DNA of 6,984 nt from a virus (taxonomy: Duplodnaviria; Heunggongvirae; Uroviricota; Caudoviricetes): positions 1 through 6,984 of IMG/VR virus record IMGVR_UViG_2663763286_000013. One strand, written 5' to 3'. Below, in pieces: positions 1 to 6,645 of the stretch (within the stretch, counting starts at the first letter, position 1; the number at the start of each line of letters is the position of its first letter). The position numbers were made by a program, and so were the translations under genes. The notes beneath the pieces were generated by a model. It was not told the origin of the DNA and ran no database searches. It worked only from the letters and a program-made list of their open reading frames with translations.

Positions 1-63
1 AAGAACCGTTCTGACAGCTTCGGCTTTGAACTCTTTAGAGTAACGTTGGGTTTTTCTGCTCAT
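1..63 (-). CDS. IS3-family transposase OrfA, N-terminal fragment (gene continues beyond window start)
   Basis: Reverse complement of 1-63 translates MSRKTQRYSKEFKAEAVRTVL, a typical IS3-family OrfA helix-turn-helix N-terminus. ATG is the complement of 61-63. An AAGGAG Shine-Dalgarno (complement of 70-75) lies 6 nt upstream. Not in the ORF track because it runs off the window. Confidence 0.8.
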   Translation of the reverse strand, partial: MSRKTQRYSKEFKAEAVRTVL

Positions 64-127
64 TATTAGCTCCTTCTGATGCCATTCTATTTCAGGAAGG
101 AGTGTCCGTTAAACTCAGGCTACCTCA
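1..127 (-). mobile_element. Left-hand IS3-family insertion sequence, terminal part (IR and orfA leader); outer end near 127
   Basis: Read on the minus strand from 127, the sequence starts TGAGGTAGCCTGAGTTTAACGGACAC, i.e. the 5'-TG terminus typical of IS3-family ends, about 64 nt upstream of the orfA ATG. The exact boundary is inferred, not proven. Confidence 0.55.
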
Positions 128-372
128 CTCTGGTATCTCGCGGTCGCGTAACGGCCCTAGAGGCGAATGCACAGGGAACATCCGGGATTCAGCTGTATGA
201 GGCATACAACAATGGCTACCCTTCCACCTATGGCAATGTGCTTCACCTTAAAGGTGCCACCGCTGCTGGCGAAGGTGAGTTATTCATTGGCTGGAGTGGC
301 ACGAGCGGTGACCATGCGCCCGTACATATCCGTTCGCGGCGTGATACTGATTCTGCCAACTGGTCTGAATGG
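128..372 (+). pseudogene. Upstream (N-proximal) fragment of the tail-fibre gene, cut by the IS and out of frame with the downstream part
   Basis: Frame 1 is open from 70 and encodes protein-like sequence (…[53 protein letters not shown]) up to about 372, then becomes low-complexity. Frame 0 is closed by TGA at 309-311 and 366-368 and only becomes tail-fibre-like from 369. Its upstream end abuts the IS terminus. Confidence 0.4.
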
Positions 373-1418
373 CGCAGGTCTATACGTCAAAAGATTCAAT
401 TCCCGGCGTCAATGCCAAAGGGGATCAGGACACCTCTGGTAATGCGGCTACAGCGACCAAGTTGCAGACAGCATGTACTATCAATGGCGTCTCGTTTGAT
501 GGTTCTACTGATATCACTTTAACCGCTGCGCATGTTGCTGCTTTTGCCAGAAGAGCAACGGATACGTATGCCGATGCGGATGGTGGCGTTCCCTGGAATG
601 CCGAATCAGGCGCTTACAATGTCACCCGCTCTGGCGACAGCTATATTCTGGTTAACTTCTATACCGGAGTCGGAAGTTGCCAGACCTTGCAGATGAAGGC
701 GCATTACAGAAATGGTGGTCTGTTCTACCGTTCTTCAAGAGACGGTTATGGTTTTGAGGAAGACTGGGCAGAAGTTTATACCTCGAAAAATCTTCCACAA
801 GAAAGCTACCCAGTCGGCGCACCAATCCCGTGGCCATCAGATACCGTTCCGTCTGGTTATGCCCTGATGCAGGGGCAGACTTTTGACAAATCTGCCTACC
901 CGAAACTTGCAGCCGCTTATCCGTCAGGCGTGATCCCTGATATGCGTGGCTGGACGATTAAGGGCAAGCCCGCCAGCGGTCGAGCCGTATTGTCTCAGGA
1001 ACAGGACGGCATTAAATCGCACACCCACAGCGCCAGTGCATCCAGTACGGATTTGGGGACGAAAACCACATCGTCGTTTGATTACGGTACTAAAACGACC
1101 AGTTCATTTGATTACGGCACAAAAACCACGAATAGCGCTGGAAATCATTCACACAATATACCTGTTGGTCACACTGGCGCGGGGAATGGTGTATCAGCCG
1201 GTTATAACGCTGCGTTAGGTACTGGTACCACGTCGAGCGCAGGCGGGCATGCTCACAATGTATATATCGGTGCCCATAACCACACTATCGGCATTGGTGC
1301 TCATGCCCATTCTGTCATTATTGGTCCCCACGGACACACCATCACCGTTAACGCTACGGGTAACGAAGAAAACACCGTAAAAAACATCGCATTTAACTAT
1401 ATTGTGAGGCTTGCATAA
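369..1418 (+). CDS. Phage tail fibre protein, C-terminal (distal, receptor-binding) part; probably a fragment of a disrupted longer gene
   Basis: 349-aa ORF with tail-fibre hallmarks: [12 protein letters not shown]…[15 protein letters not shown], a Gly/Thr/Ser-rich region, His-x-His repeats ([33 protein letters not shown]) and the C-terminus [11 protein letters not shown]. Its stop overlaps the start of the next gene (TAATG at 1416-1420). Confidence 0.8.
   Translation: MAQVYTSKDSIPGVNAKGDQDTSGNAATATKLQTACTINGVSFDGSTDITLTAAHVAAFARRATDTYADADGGVPWNAESGAYNVTRSGDSYILVNFYTGVGSCQTLQMKAHYRNGGLFYRSSRDGYGFEEDWAEVYTSKNLPQESYPVGAPIPWPSDTVPSGYALMQGQTFDKSAYPKLAAAYPSGVIPDMRGWTIKGKPASGRAVLSQEQDGIKSHTHSASASSTDLGTKTTSSFDYGTKTTSSFDYGTKTTNSAGNHSHNIPVGHTGAGNGVSAGYNAALGTGTTSSAGGHAHNVYIGAHNHTIGIGAHAHSVIIGPHGHTITVNATGNEENTVKNIAFNYIVRLA
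1056..1130 (+). repeat. Imperfect 30-bp tandem repeat (about 2.5 copies) inside the tail-fibre gene, encoding [10 protein letters not shown] repeats
   Basis: Codons 1056-1085 and 1086-1115 both encode [10 protein letters not shown]; 1116-1130 encodes GTKTT. Read directly from the sequence. Confidence 0.8.
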
Positions 1419-1996
1419 TGACATTCAGAATGAGTGAACAATCACGGACCATAAAAATTTATAATCTACTGGCCGGAACCAATGAGTTTATTGGTAAAGG
1501 TGATGCATACATTCCACCTCATACAGGTCTGCCTGCAAACAGTACCGATATTGCCCCGCCAGATATTCCGGCTGGCTTCGTGGCCGTTTTCAACAGTGAT
1601 GAGGCATCGTGGAATCTCGTTGAAGACCATCGGGGAAAAACCGTCTATGACGTGGCTTCCGGCGACGCGTTATTTATTTCTGAACTTGGCCCATTACCGG
1701 AAAATGTCACCTGGTTATCCCCGGAAGGGGAGTTTCAGAAGTGGAACGGCACAGCCTGGGTGAAAGATGCAGAAGCAGAAAAACTGTTCCGGATCCGGAA
1801 GGCGGAAGAAACAAAAAACAGCCTGATGCAGATGGCCAGTGAGCATATTGCGCCACTTCAGGATGCCGTAGATTTGGATATTGCGACGGAGGAAGAGGCA
1901 TCGTTACTGACTGCATGGAAGACATATCGGGTATTGTTGAATCGTGTTGATACAGCAGTAGCAGCGGATGTTGAGTGGCCAGTCGCCCCGCAATAA
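1418..1996 (+). CDS. Tail fibre assembly protein (Tfa, chaperone, lambda Tfa / Mu U family)
   Basis: 192-aa ORF translationally coupled to the tail fibre (ATG overlaps its TAA), with GAGG about 9 nt upstream. The C-terminal domain …[50 protein letters not shown] is the conserved Tfa C-terminal motif. Confidence 0.9.
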   Translation: MTFRMSEQSRTIKIYNLLAGTNEFIGKGDAYIPPHTGLPANSTDIAPPDIPAGFVAVFNSDEASWNLVEDHRGKTVYDVASGDALFISELGPLPENVTWLSPEGEFQKWNGTAWVKDAEAEKLFRIRKAEETKNSLMQMASEHIAPLQDAVDLDIATEEEASLLTAWKTYRVLLNRVDTAVAADVEWPVAPQ

Positions 1997-2039
1997 AAAG
2001 ATAAAGCCATCGATAGAAATATTGATGGCTTTATGTACT
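1997..2039. terminator. Bidirectional intrinsic terminator between the convergent tfa and acetyltransferase genes
   Basis: Perfect 9-bp stem aaagccatc (2003-2011) / gatggcttt (2024-2032) with a 12-nt loop. On the minus strand the hairpin is followed by AUCUUUUUAUU; on the plus strand by a weaker U-rich stretch. Confidence 0.55.
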
Positions 2040-2612
2040 CTATTTATACAATACAACACCGCTCTTTTTAGTAATATATGTGCAGTTCGATGGTATATCT
2101 TTATTTATAAAAGACATTGCACCTATTTTTACATTATCCCCAATTTTACGTGATAATCCAATGATGCAACAATTAGCTCCGATATCAACGTTGCTACCAA
2201 TTTTTACTCTTGAACCAGGTATGTCACCATCTATCTGTCCAATGGTCGTATTCTGTCGTAACACCAGATTTTCACCAGCATCAACAGCAAAATGAACAAC
2301 AATTCCAGCATGATGGGGAATTGTTAACCCTTTTCCAATATTTGCGCCCAATCCAATTTCACAACCAAATTTGTTAATTATTTTACTGTTTAACTTTTTG
2401 GCTGCTTTCTTATGTAATTTATTACCATTAATATGCATTTCATTAGCCAATCTCCACCAGAAAAGGAAATTCCGATTGCGCTGCCTCTTCTCTCTTAATA
2501 GTCGCCAAACATCCATTTTTTCACGCCTGATGACTTCAGCCATCCAATAGCTCAATAGAGCTTTTGAATTCCCAAAGATGACAAAGTGAATAGCTATTAA
2601 GTAACATAACAT
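2040..2612 (-). CDS. Hexapeptide-repeat (left-handed beta-helix) O-acetyltransferase, serine acetyltransferase (CysE)/WcaB-like; start codon uncertain
   Basis: 190-aa ORF containing …GCEIGLGANIGKGLTIPHHAGIVVHFAVDAGENLVLRQNTTIGQ… followed by further [LIV]-G-x-x-x-x hexapeptide repeats. AT-rich codon usage unlike the flanking phage genes. Both candidate starts (2612 and the internal ATG at 2543) have weak SD sequences. Confidence 0.7.
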   Translation of the reverse strand: MLCYLIAIHFVIFGNSKALLSYWMAEVIRREKMDVWRLLREKRQRNRNFLFWWRLANEMHINGNKLHKKAAKKLNSKIINKFGCEIGLGANIGKGLTIPHHAGIVVHFAVDAGENLVLRQNTTIGQIDGDIPGSRVKIGSNVDIGANCCIIGLSRKIGDNVKIGAMSFINKDIPSNCTYITKKSGVVLYK

Positions 2613-3100
2613 ATTGCAACTGCCTATATTTTTGGTTTCTATGGTTATATATCGACATTATAATTAAAACAATAAGCATCAGTGTGTTACTGCGTTCCTG
2701 CTAAACTAAACCAACGCACAATGTAAACACAAATATTAATTTTAAACTGAGCACTAAAGGGATGTCAATATTGTATTGATAATAAGTTGCAAGATTGCCA
2801 CTACTTTCTGTATTTTGGGATGCAATAATTTATATTTTATCTATTCAGTGTTTCTTTGGGCTTATTAAGGATGTCATTATTAATTTATGGCTTGCCATTT
2901 CTATACATATCTGTTAAAAATTTTGATTTGTCTATTGAAAATAGATTTAATTGATTGATTTAATTTTTACATGACGCTCTTTAATATAACTTCAGGTATA
3001 TTAAAGCACATGCATTATATCCAGAGAAAATTAACAAAATTGTTAGCCCTTATTTGTTGGGATTATAGATATTAATTAAGGCCCGATCCCGGGCCTTTCC
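2613..3100. other. AT-rich non-coding spacer; presumably holds the acetyltransferase promoter
   Basis: No ORF of 60 aa or more on either strand. Very AT-rich with short direct repeats (e.g. gatttaatt twice around 2945-2970). Function not determinable from sequence alone. Confidence 0.3.
3078..3097. terminator. GC-rich hairpin just downstream of the minus-strand tfa-relic stop codon; possible terminator remnant
   Basis: aaggcccg (3078-3085) / cgggcctt (3090-3097) form an 8-bp stem with a 4-nt loop. No clean U-tract on either strand, so confidence is low. Confidence 0.3.
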
Positions 3101-3337
3101 TCATTCCGGCTTTTCGGGAAACGTTACTGGAAGGATGGAGGTATCCGTGGATTCGACTTTCTGCGCATAGAGAATCCACTCGGTTAATTTTTGTTTACCC
3201 TGAACGGAAATAATGCCTAGCCGTAACTGTGAGTCCCAGAGCTGAGTTTTATCCCTGACGAGTTGTAGCAGGCTTTGCTTTTCTTTTTCCGCTTGTTGTC
3301 TTTGCATGACCGGTTGAGAAGTTACTTTGCATACCAT
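3101..3337 (-). pseudogene. Relic of a second tail fibre assembly gene (C-terminal domain only; U-prime-like), opposite in orientation to the intact tfa
   Basis: The minus-strand ORF ends …MQRQQAEKEKQSLLQLVRDKTQLWDSQLRLGIISVQGKQKLTEWILYAQKVESTDTSILPVTFPEKPE, which aligns with the C-terminal domain of the plus-strand Tfa (K-SL-Q…L-D…W-Y…V-T…WP-P pattern). The upstream part of the track ORF 3101-3598 is antisense to the holin-like gene and is not credible coding. Confidence 0.6.
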
Positions 3338-3365
3338 TACCTCCTGACAACGTAGGAGGGAACTT

Positions 3366-3695
3366 GTGCTTGACACACAGGAATTAGCTCCAGTTGCTAT
3401 TGCGCTCCTGCTTTCAGTAATTGGTGGGATAGGCACGTTCCTGATGGATGTCCGAGACGGTCGCCAGTCTGGCAATTTGTTGGGATTGGTTACGGAGATC
3501 TTTGTTGCAGTGACAGCTGGCGCGGTGGCGTACCTATTGGGGCAACACGAGGGCTGGGAGTTATCAATTACGTACTTAATGGTAACGATAGCCAGCAATA
3601 ACGGTCATGAGGTGATTTCAGGGATGAAACGAGTGAATATCGATAGCATTCTGAATGTTCTTACAAGTTTGGTGAAAAAGGGAGGCGGGAAATGA
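3366..3695 (+). CDS. lydA: Holin-like small membrane protein (3 predicted TM segments, charged C-terminus); candidate LydA-type holin
   Basis: GTG start preceded by AGGAGG (3354-3359) with a 6-nt spacer. Hydrophobic stretches LAPVAIALLLSVIGGIGTFLM, LLGLVTEIFVAVTAGAVAYLL and LSITYLMVTIA, then a basic tail …LVKKGGGK. First gene of a coupled five-gene operon. The gene symbol is by inferred homology to the P1 darA operon, not by a search. Confidence 0.6.
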   Translation: MLDTQELAPVAIALLLSVIGGIGTFLMDVRDGRQSGNLLGLVTEIFVAVTAGAVAYLLGQHEGWELSITYLMVTIASNNGHEVISGMKRVNIDSILNVLTSLVKKGGGK

Positions 3696-4135
3696 TTGGC
3701 TGGGGTGTATGCGTTCTTGCGTTAGCCTTAGCCGATCGCTATTTGCTAAAACGCAAGGACATCACGCATTTAGAACTTGGTGATGTGGAAATTAAACCGG
3801 GTTTCATCCGGGTGCCGTTCAAATACCGGTCTAAATTCCCGTTTTTGCGCGGCGCAACGGTCAGATATTGGATCCGCGATGTTCAGAAGCCAACGACAGT
3901 GATTGAAGGCGAACAACGTTGTCTGACGTCGGCTGAACAGGGCGAAAACAGTGAATGGTTGTACATACCCACTGAATATATGGGTAAAGGAGAACGGCTG
4001 TGGCATTTCAACGTCATGGTTACGCATGGCGACTCGTTCATTAACCCGTTGTATCGGATTTTCCCTGTTACTCAGCAAATCCGCAGAAGTTACGTAATAA
4101 ATCTCGCACAGGATGTGTCAGATGACGAAAAATAA
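3692..4135 (+). CDS. lydB: Membrane-anchored protein, candidate LydB-type antiholin
   Basis: ATG overlaps the upstream stop (ATGA at 3692-3695), with GGAGG at 3681-3685. N-terminal hydrophobic segment MIGWGVCVLALALA, then a soluble domain. Named by position and size in the inferred darA-type operon. Confidence 0.5.
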   Translation: MIGWGVCVLALALADRYLLKRKDITHLELGDVEIKPGFIRVPFKYRSKFPFLRGATVRYWIRDVQKPTTVIEGEQRCLTSAEQGENSEWLYIPTEYMGKGERLWHFNVMVTHGDSFINPLYRIFPVTQQIRRSYVINLAQDVSDDEK

Positions 4136-4724
4136 GTATGCAACGGTCGATTTTGACCAGGTTAATGAAAAGGGGCTGAAATCCCTTATCGCGGCGATCA
4201 ATAAAACCGGTGTTACGGTAATTGAGGTTGACTCCAGCAACCGCGCAACAACGAAAGATGGCGTTAAAGTTAAAACCGCAAAGCTGGTTCTTAACGACGG
4301 ACAAATTCTTGCCATACAGGTAAACGATACTGGCGATATATCGTCTGTGAGGCTGAATGGAAAAGCTATTCCTAACGCTCAATCGCCGGATATCAAGACG
4401 CTTGGTACCGTCATGGGGCAGGCGGCCCGCAAAAACTCCGCAAAATTCCAGAAATCACTGATCGCCAAAGCGAAACGTGTTGCCAATCCGGTAGACAAGA
4501 AACCGGCAGTAAAATCCAACTTTCAGCGCCTGCAAGAGGCAAAACAGCGGAATGCTCAGGTGGTTGCCGCTTATAAATCAGCGCAGAACTCGGTGTCTTT
4601 CAATCAACAGCAGATCACTGATTTGCGGGCGAAGCTGGATAAGGAGACAGGCCGACTCAATAACGAAAAGGCCCGAAATGGCGAACTCAAACGCCGTCTT
4701 AAGCAACTGAAAGCAGGAAATTAA
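4122..4724 (+). CDS. hdf: Hdf-like protein (homologue of a fragment of the downstream large protein) with a C-terminal coiled coil
   Basis: Probable start at the ATG at 4122 (AGGA at 4109-4112); the track ORF starts at 4113. Shares a conserved block with the next gene (…DGQ-I-I…TLG/AQV-M…KNSAKFQ followed by a Lys-rich coiled coil). The KNSAKFQ-coding 21-mer at 4430-4450 matches 5329-5349 at 19/21 nt. Confidence 0.55.
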   Translation: MTKNKYATVDFDQVNEKGLKSLIAAINKTGVTVIEVDSSNRATTKDGVKVKTAKLVLNDGQILAIQVNDTGDISSVRLNGKAIPNAQSPDIKTLGTVMGQAARKNSAKFQKSLIAKAKRVANPVDKKPAVKSNFQRLQEAKQRNAQVVAAYKSAQNSVSFNQQQITDLRAKLDKETGRLNNEKARNGELKRRLKQLKAGN

Positions 4725-4725
4725 C

Positions 4726-6645
4726 ATGGAACAGTTCAATATCAATAAAGGGGTGACGATCAAGCCTGGGCTTGACGTGCTTCCCCCGCCAGTGACTGAT
4801 GATGAATATCGCGCATTAATGGCCGGTGAGGACCGCTATCTGATGACGGAATCCAACACCCTGGAGGAAATCGAGGCTACGTTCTTCTATGACACGCCGA
4901 TCCACTGGTGTGCTACGGATTTACTGGAGGCGATTAGTTCTACTCGTTTGCAGTTACACCGGACCATGCAGGCATTTGTCCGGGCATTGAACCAGAAGCT
5001 GAATGGTACCGGAATCTCTGCGGGGAGTGATAAAACGGGGGATGTGGCCCAGAGCGGCGCGCGCGCGATCGGCGGAGCTGAAATTGGTCGGGCACGTAAC
5101 GTTAACGGGCTGTCGGTCCTGCCAGCCATTATTCCGCTCAGTGATGGTCAGACTATCAGCATTTTGTTTCATAGCCCGACAGCGGAAAACCGGATCACCA
5201 ATAGCGATACGCTGGTTGCTTTCCAGTTCTTACTGAATAAAAAAGACGTTACTCACACCGTTGCTCCGATGAGTGGACGTGATATGACGCTGGCGCAGGT
5301 CACCATGAAACTTGCCAACCTTGCAGAGAAAAACTCGGCAAAATTTCAGCGTGCGCAGAAGAAGAAAAAAGCCCTTGTTGATGAAATAACCCAACTACAG
5401 GCTGACAGTGACCAGAAAGAGGATGCCATGAGCGACCTCGTGGATCAGGTGGCAGCGGTAGAAGGGCAGAAGGTAGATCTGGAGCAGAAAATTAACGCTG
5501 TTGCATCGGAAGCGGATTCTCTTTATGAAGAGAATGAGCGTTTGCAGACGGAGATTGATCAGCTCAATCGAACTGGTGGGCGCGAAACCATTGCTCCTGC
5601 GGGGATGACTGGTGGACACTCTCGCGCGATGACGGATCGCCTTGCAAGTATCAAAAATCGTATGCATATGAACGGGGAAGTGACGCTCAGTAATGGTGCA
5701 TCAATGAAGCAATTCATTGAGGACGGTGAAGGGTATATCCAGTTAACCGATTCGGATGGCAGCGTGTACATGATCAAGGCTAAATCCATACAGGGTGTGG
5801 ACATGGCAGATGCGATCGGCAAGCTGTTTAAAGCCTATAAAGCGGGTAATGTATCGGAATACCTAGTCCAACCAGAAGAACATAAACCGGAAAACGTCGA
5901 ACCTGAACCAGCGGAGGATACCGGTAGCTCTTCGCCTGAACCAGAAGTCTCTGTAGGTGCATATCGATATGCCCTGCAAATGCGTCCGGCGGCCCCTGGC
6001 GCAATACCTGAAGGTAACAAAGCAATTCTGCCGCGCCCTGATGAAGGTGACCCGTATTATGAATATGCACGCTACGGCATTGCTACTTACGATACCCCGC
6101 TTTCTGATCAGCAAATGAGTGAGTACGACCTGAAGTTATTGCCTCGCGAGGATTCTTTCGACTTCCTGGCGAAGACACTTACTAATGGTCCGTTTGGCAA
6201 ATATGCACAAAAAGCTCTGGAGCTGGCCACCAGCTCACCAGACGAGTTCCGCGTAATGCTGAAAACTCAGTTTCAAAAAACTTTCCCCAATATTGCGTAT
6301 CCGGGGGGCGCTGGCACCGAGAAAATGGTGCAGAGCATGATCAATGCATTGCAGGCCGAAGTCGGTGAGATTACTCAGCCAGAACCTGCCCCGGCACAGC
6401 CTGATGAAACGGTTAGCGAAGCAGATGCAGAGGCTAATAAAGCCATTGAATATCTCAATAACGTGATGGATATGCAAAGCACTGACATGGCGGAGATCCG
6501 TAACGCCCGGGGTAATGTCCGGGAAGCGATTGCAGCCCTTCAGGCTGCCGGGCGTTTTGAGGAAAACGAAGAGCTGGTTAATGGCGCTGCTCGCCACCTG
6601 GCTGATCTGCTGGTAGCAATCCAGAAAGCGGGGGTAGCGGCATGA
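4726..6645 (+). CDS. darA: Large DarA-like protein (639 aa): candidate capsid-packaged antirestriction protein
   Basis: ATG at 4726 with AGGA 7 nt upstream, immediately after the upstream stop. Has a central coiled coil (…ALVDEITQLQADSDQKEDAMSDLVDQVAAVEGQKVDLEQKINAVASEADSLYEENERLQTEIDQL…) and acidic Pro/Glu-rich linkers. Its N-proximal region is paralogous to the preceding gene. Assignment to DarA is an inference from operon architecture and size. Confidence 0.55.
   Translation: MEQFNINKGVTIKPGLDVLPPPVTDDEYRALMAGEDRYLMTESNTLEEIEATFFYDTPIHWCATDLLEAISSTRLQLHRTMQAFVRALNQKLNGTGISAGSDKTGDVAQSGARAIGGAEIGRARNVNGLSVLPAIIPLSDGQTISILFHSPTAENRITNSDTLVAFQFLLNKKDVTHTVAPMSGRDMTLAQVTMKLANLAEKNSAKFQRAQKKKKALVDEITQLQADSDQKEDAMSDLVDQVAAVEGQKVDLEQKINAVASEADSLYEENERLQTEIDQLNRTGGRETIAPAGMTGGHSRAMTDRLASIKNRMHMNGEVTLSNGASMKQFIEDGEGYIQLTDSDGSVYMIKAKSIQGVDMADAIGKLFKAYKAGNVSEYLVQPEEHKPENVEPEPAEDTGSSSPEPEVSVGAYRYALQMRPAAPGAIPEGNKAILPRPDEGDPYYEYARYGIATYDTPLSDQQMSEYDLKLLPREDSFDFLAKTLTNGPFGKYAQKALELATSSPDEFRVMLKTQFQKTFPNIAYPGGAGTEKMVQSMINALQAEVGEITQPEPAPAQPDETVSEADAEANKAIEYLNNVMDMQSTDMAEIRNARGNVREAIAALQAAGRFEENEELVNGAARHLADLLVAIQKAGVAA

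Noticed and set aside
79-522. Track ORFs 79-522 and 167-442 as independent genes
   Set aside because: The 79-127 part lies inside the IS leader. The tail after about 372 (…[27 protein letters not shown]…) is out-of-frame read-through of the tail-fibre sequence. 167-442 is an alternative-frame overlap with no protein-like character.
652-1925. Alternative-frame ORFs inside the tail fibre and tfa genes (652-837, 946-1218, 1215-1424, 1482-1763, 1707-1925)
   Set aside because: They overlap genes with strong family-level conservation and look like frame artefacts.
1968-2295. Plus-strand ORFs 1968-2153 and 2080-2295 in the AT-rich island
   Set aside because: Antisense to the acetyltransferase ORF. 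AT-rich DNA produces open frames by chance, and neither has an SD sequence.
3200-3365. Sigma70-type promoter call for the operon
   Set aside because: Only weak -35/-10-like hexamers (e.g. ttgaga at 3313-3318) were seen. If the operon is P1-like it would use a phage late promoter whose consensus I cannot reliably reproduce from memory, so no promoter feature is claimed.
3308-3598. N-terminal two-thirds of the minus-strand track ORF 3101-3598 (165 aa)
   Set aside because: It is antisense to the holin-like gene and its RBS, and is low-complexity (Pro/Ser/Thr-rich) with no recognisable domain. Only the C-terminal part (3101-3337) resembles a Tfa domain.
3783-3800. AAACCGGGTTT palindrome as a Cin/Gin/Hin-type inversion crossover site
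   Set aside because: Only the core resembles the AAACC…GGTTT motif; the spacing and flanking half-sites do not fit the 26-bp sites. It lies inside a coding region and there is no invertase gene in the window.
3770-4382. Minus-strand ORFs 3770-4078, 4068-4382 and 4118-4315
   Set aside because: Antisense to the coupled plus-strand operon genes. No start context, no domain-like sequence.
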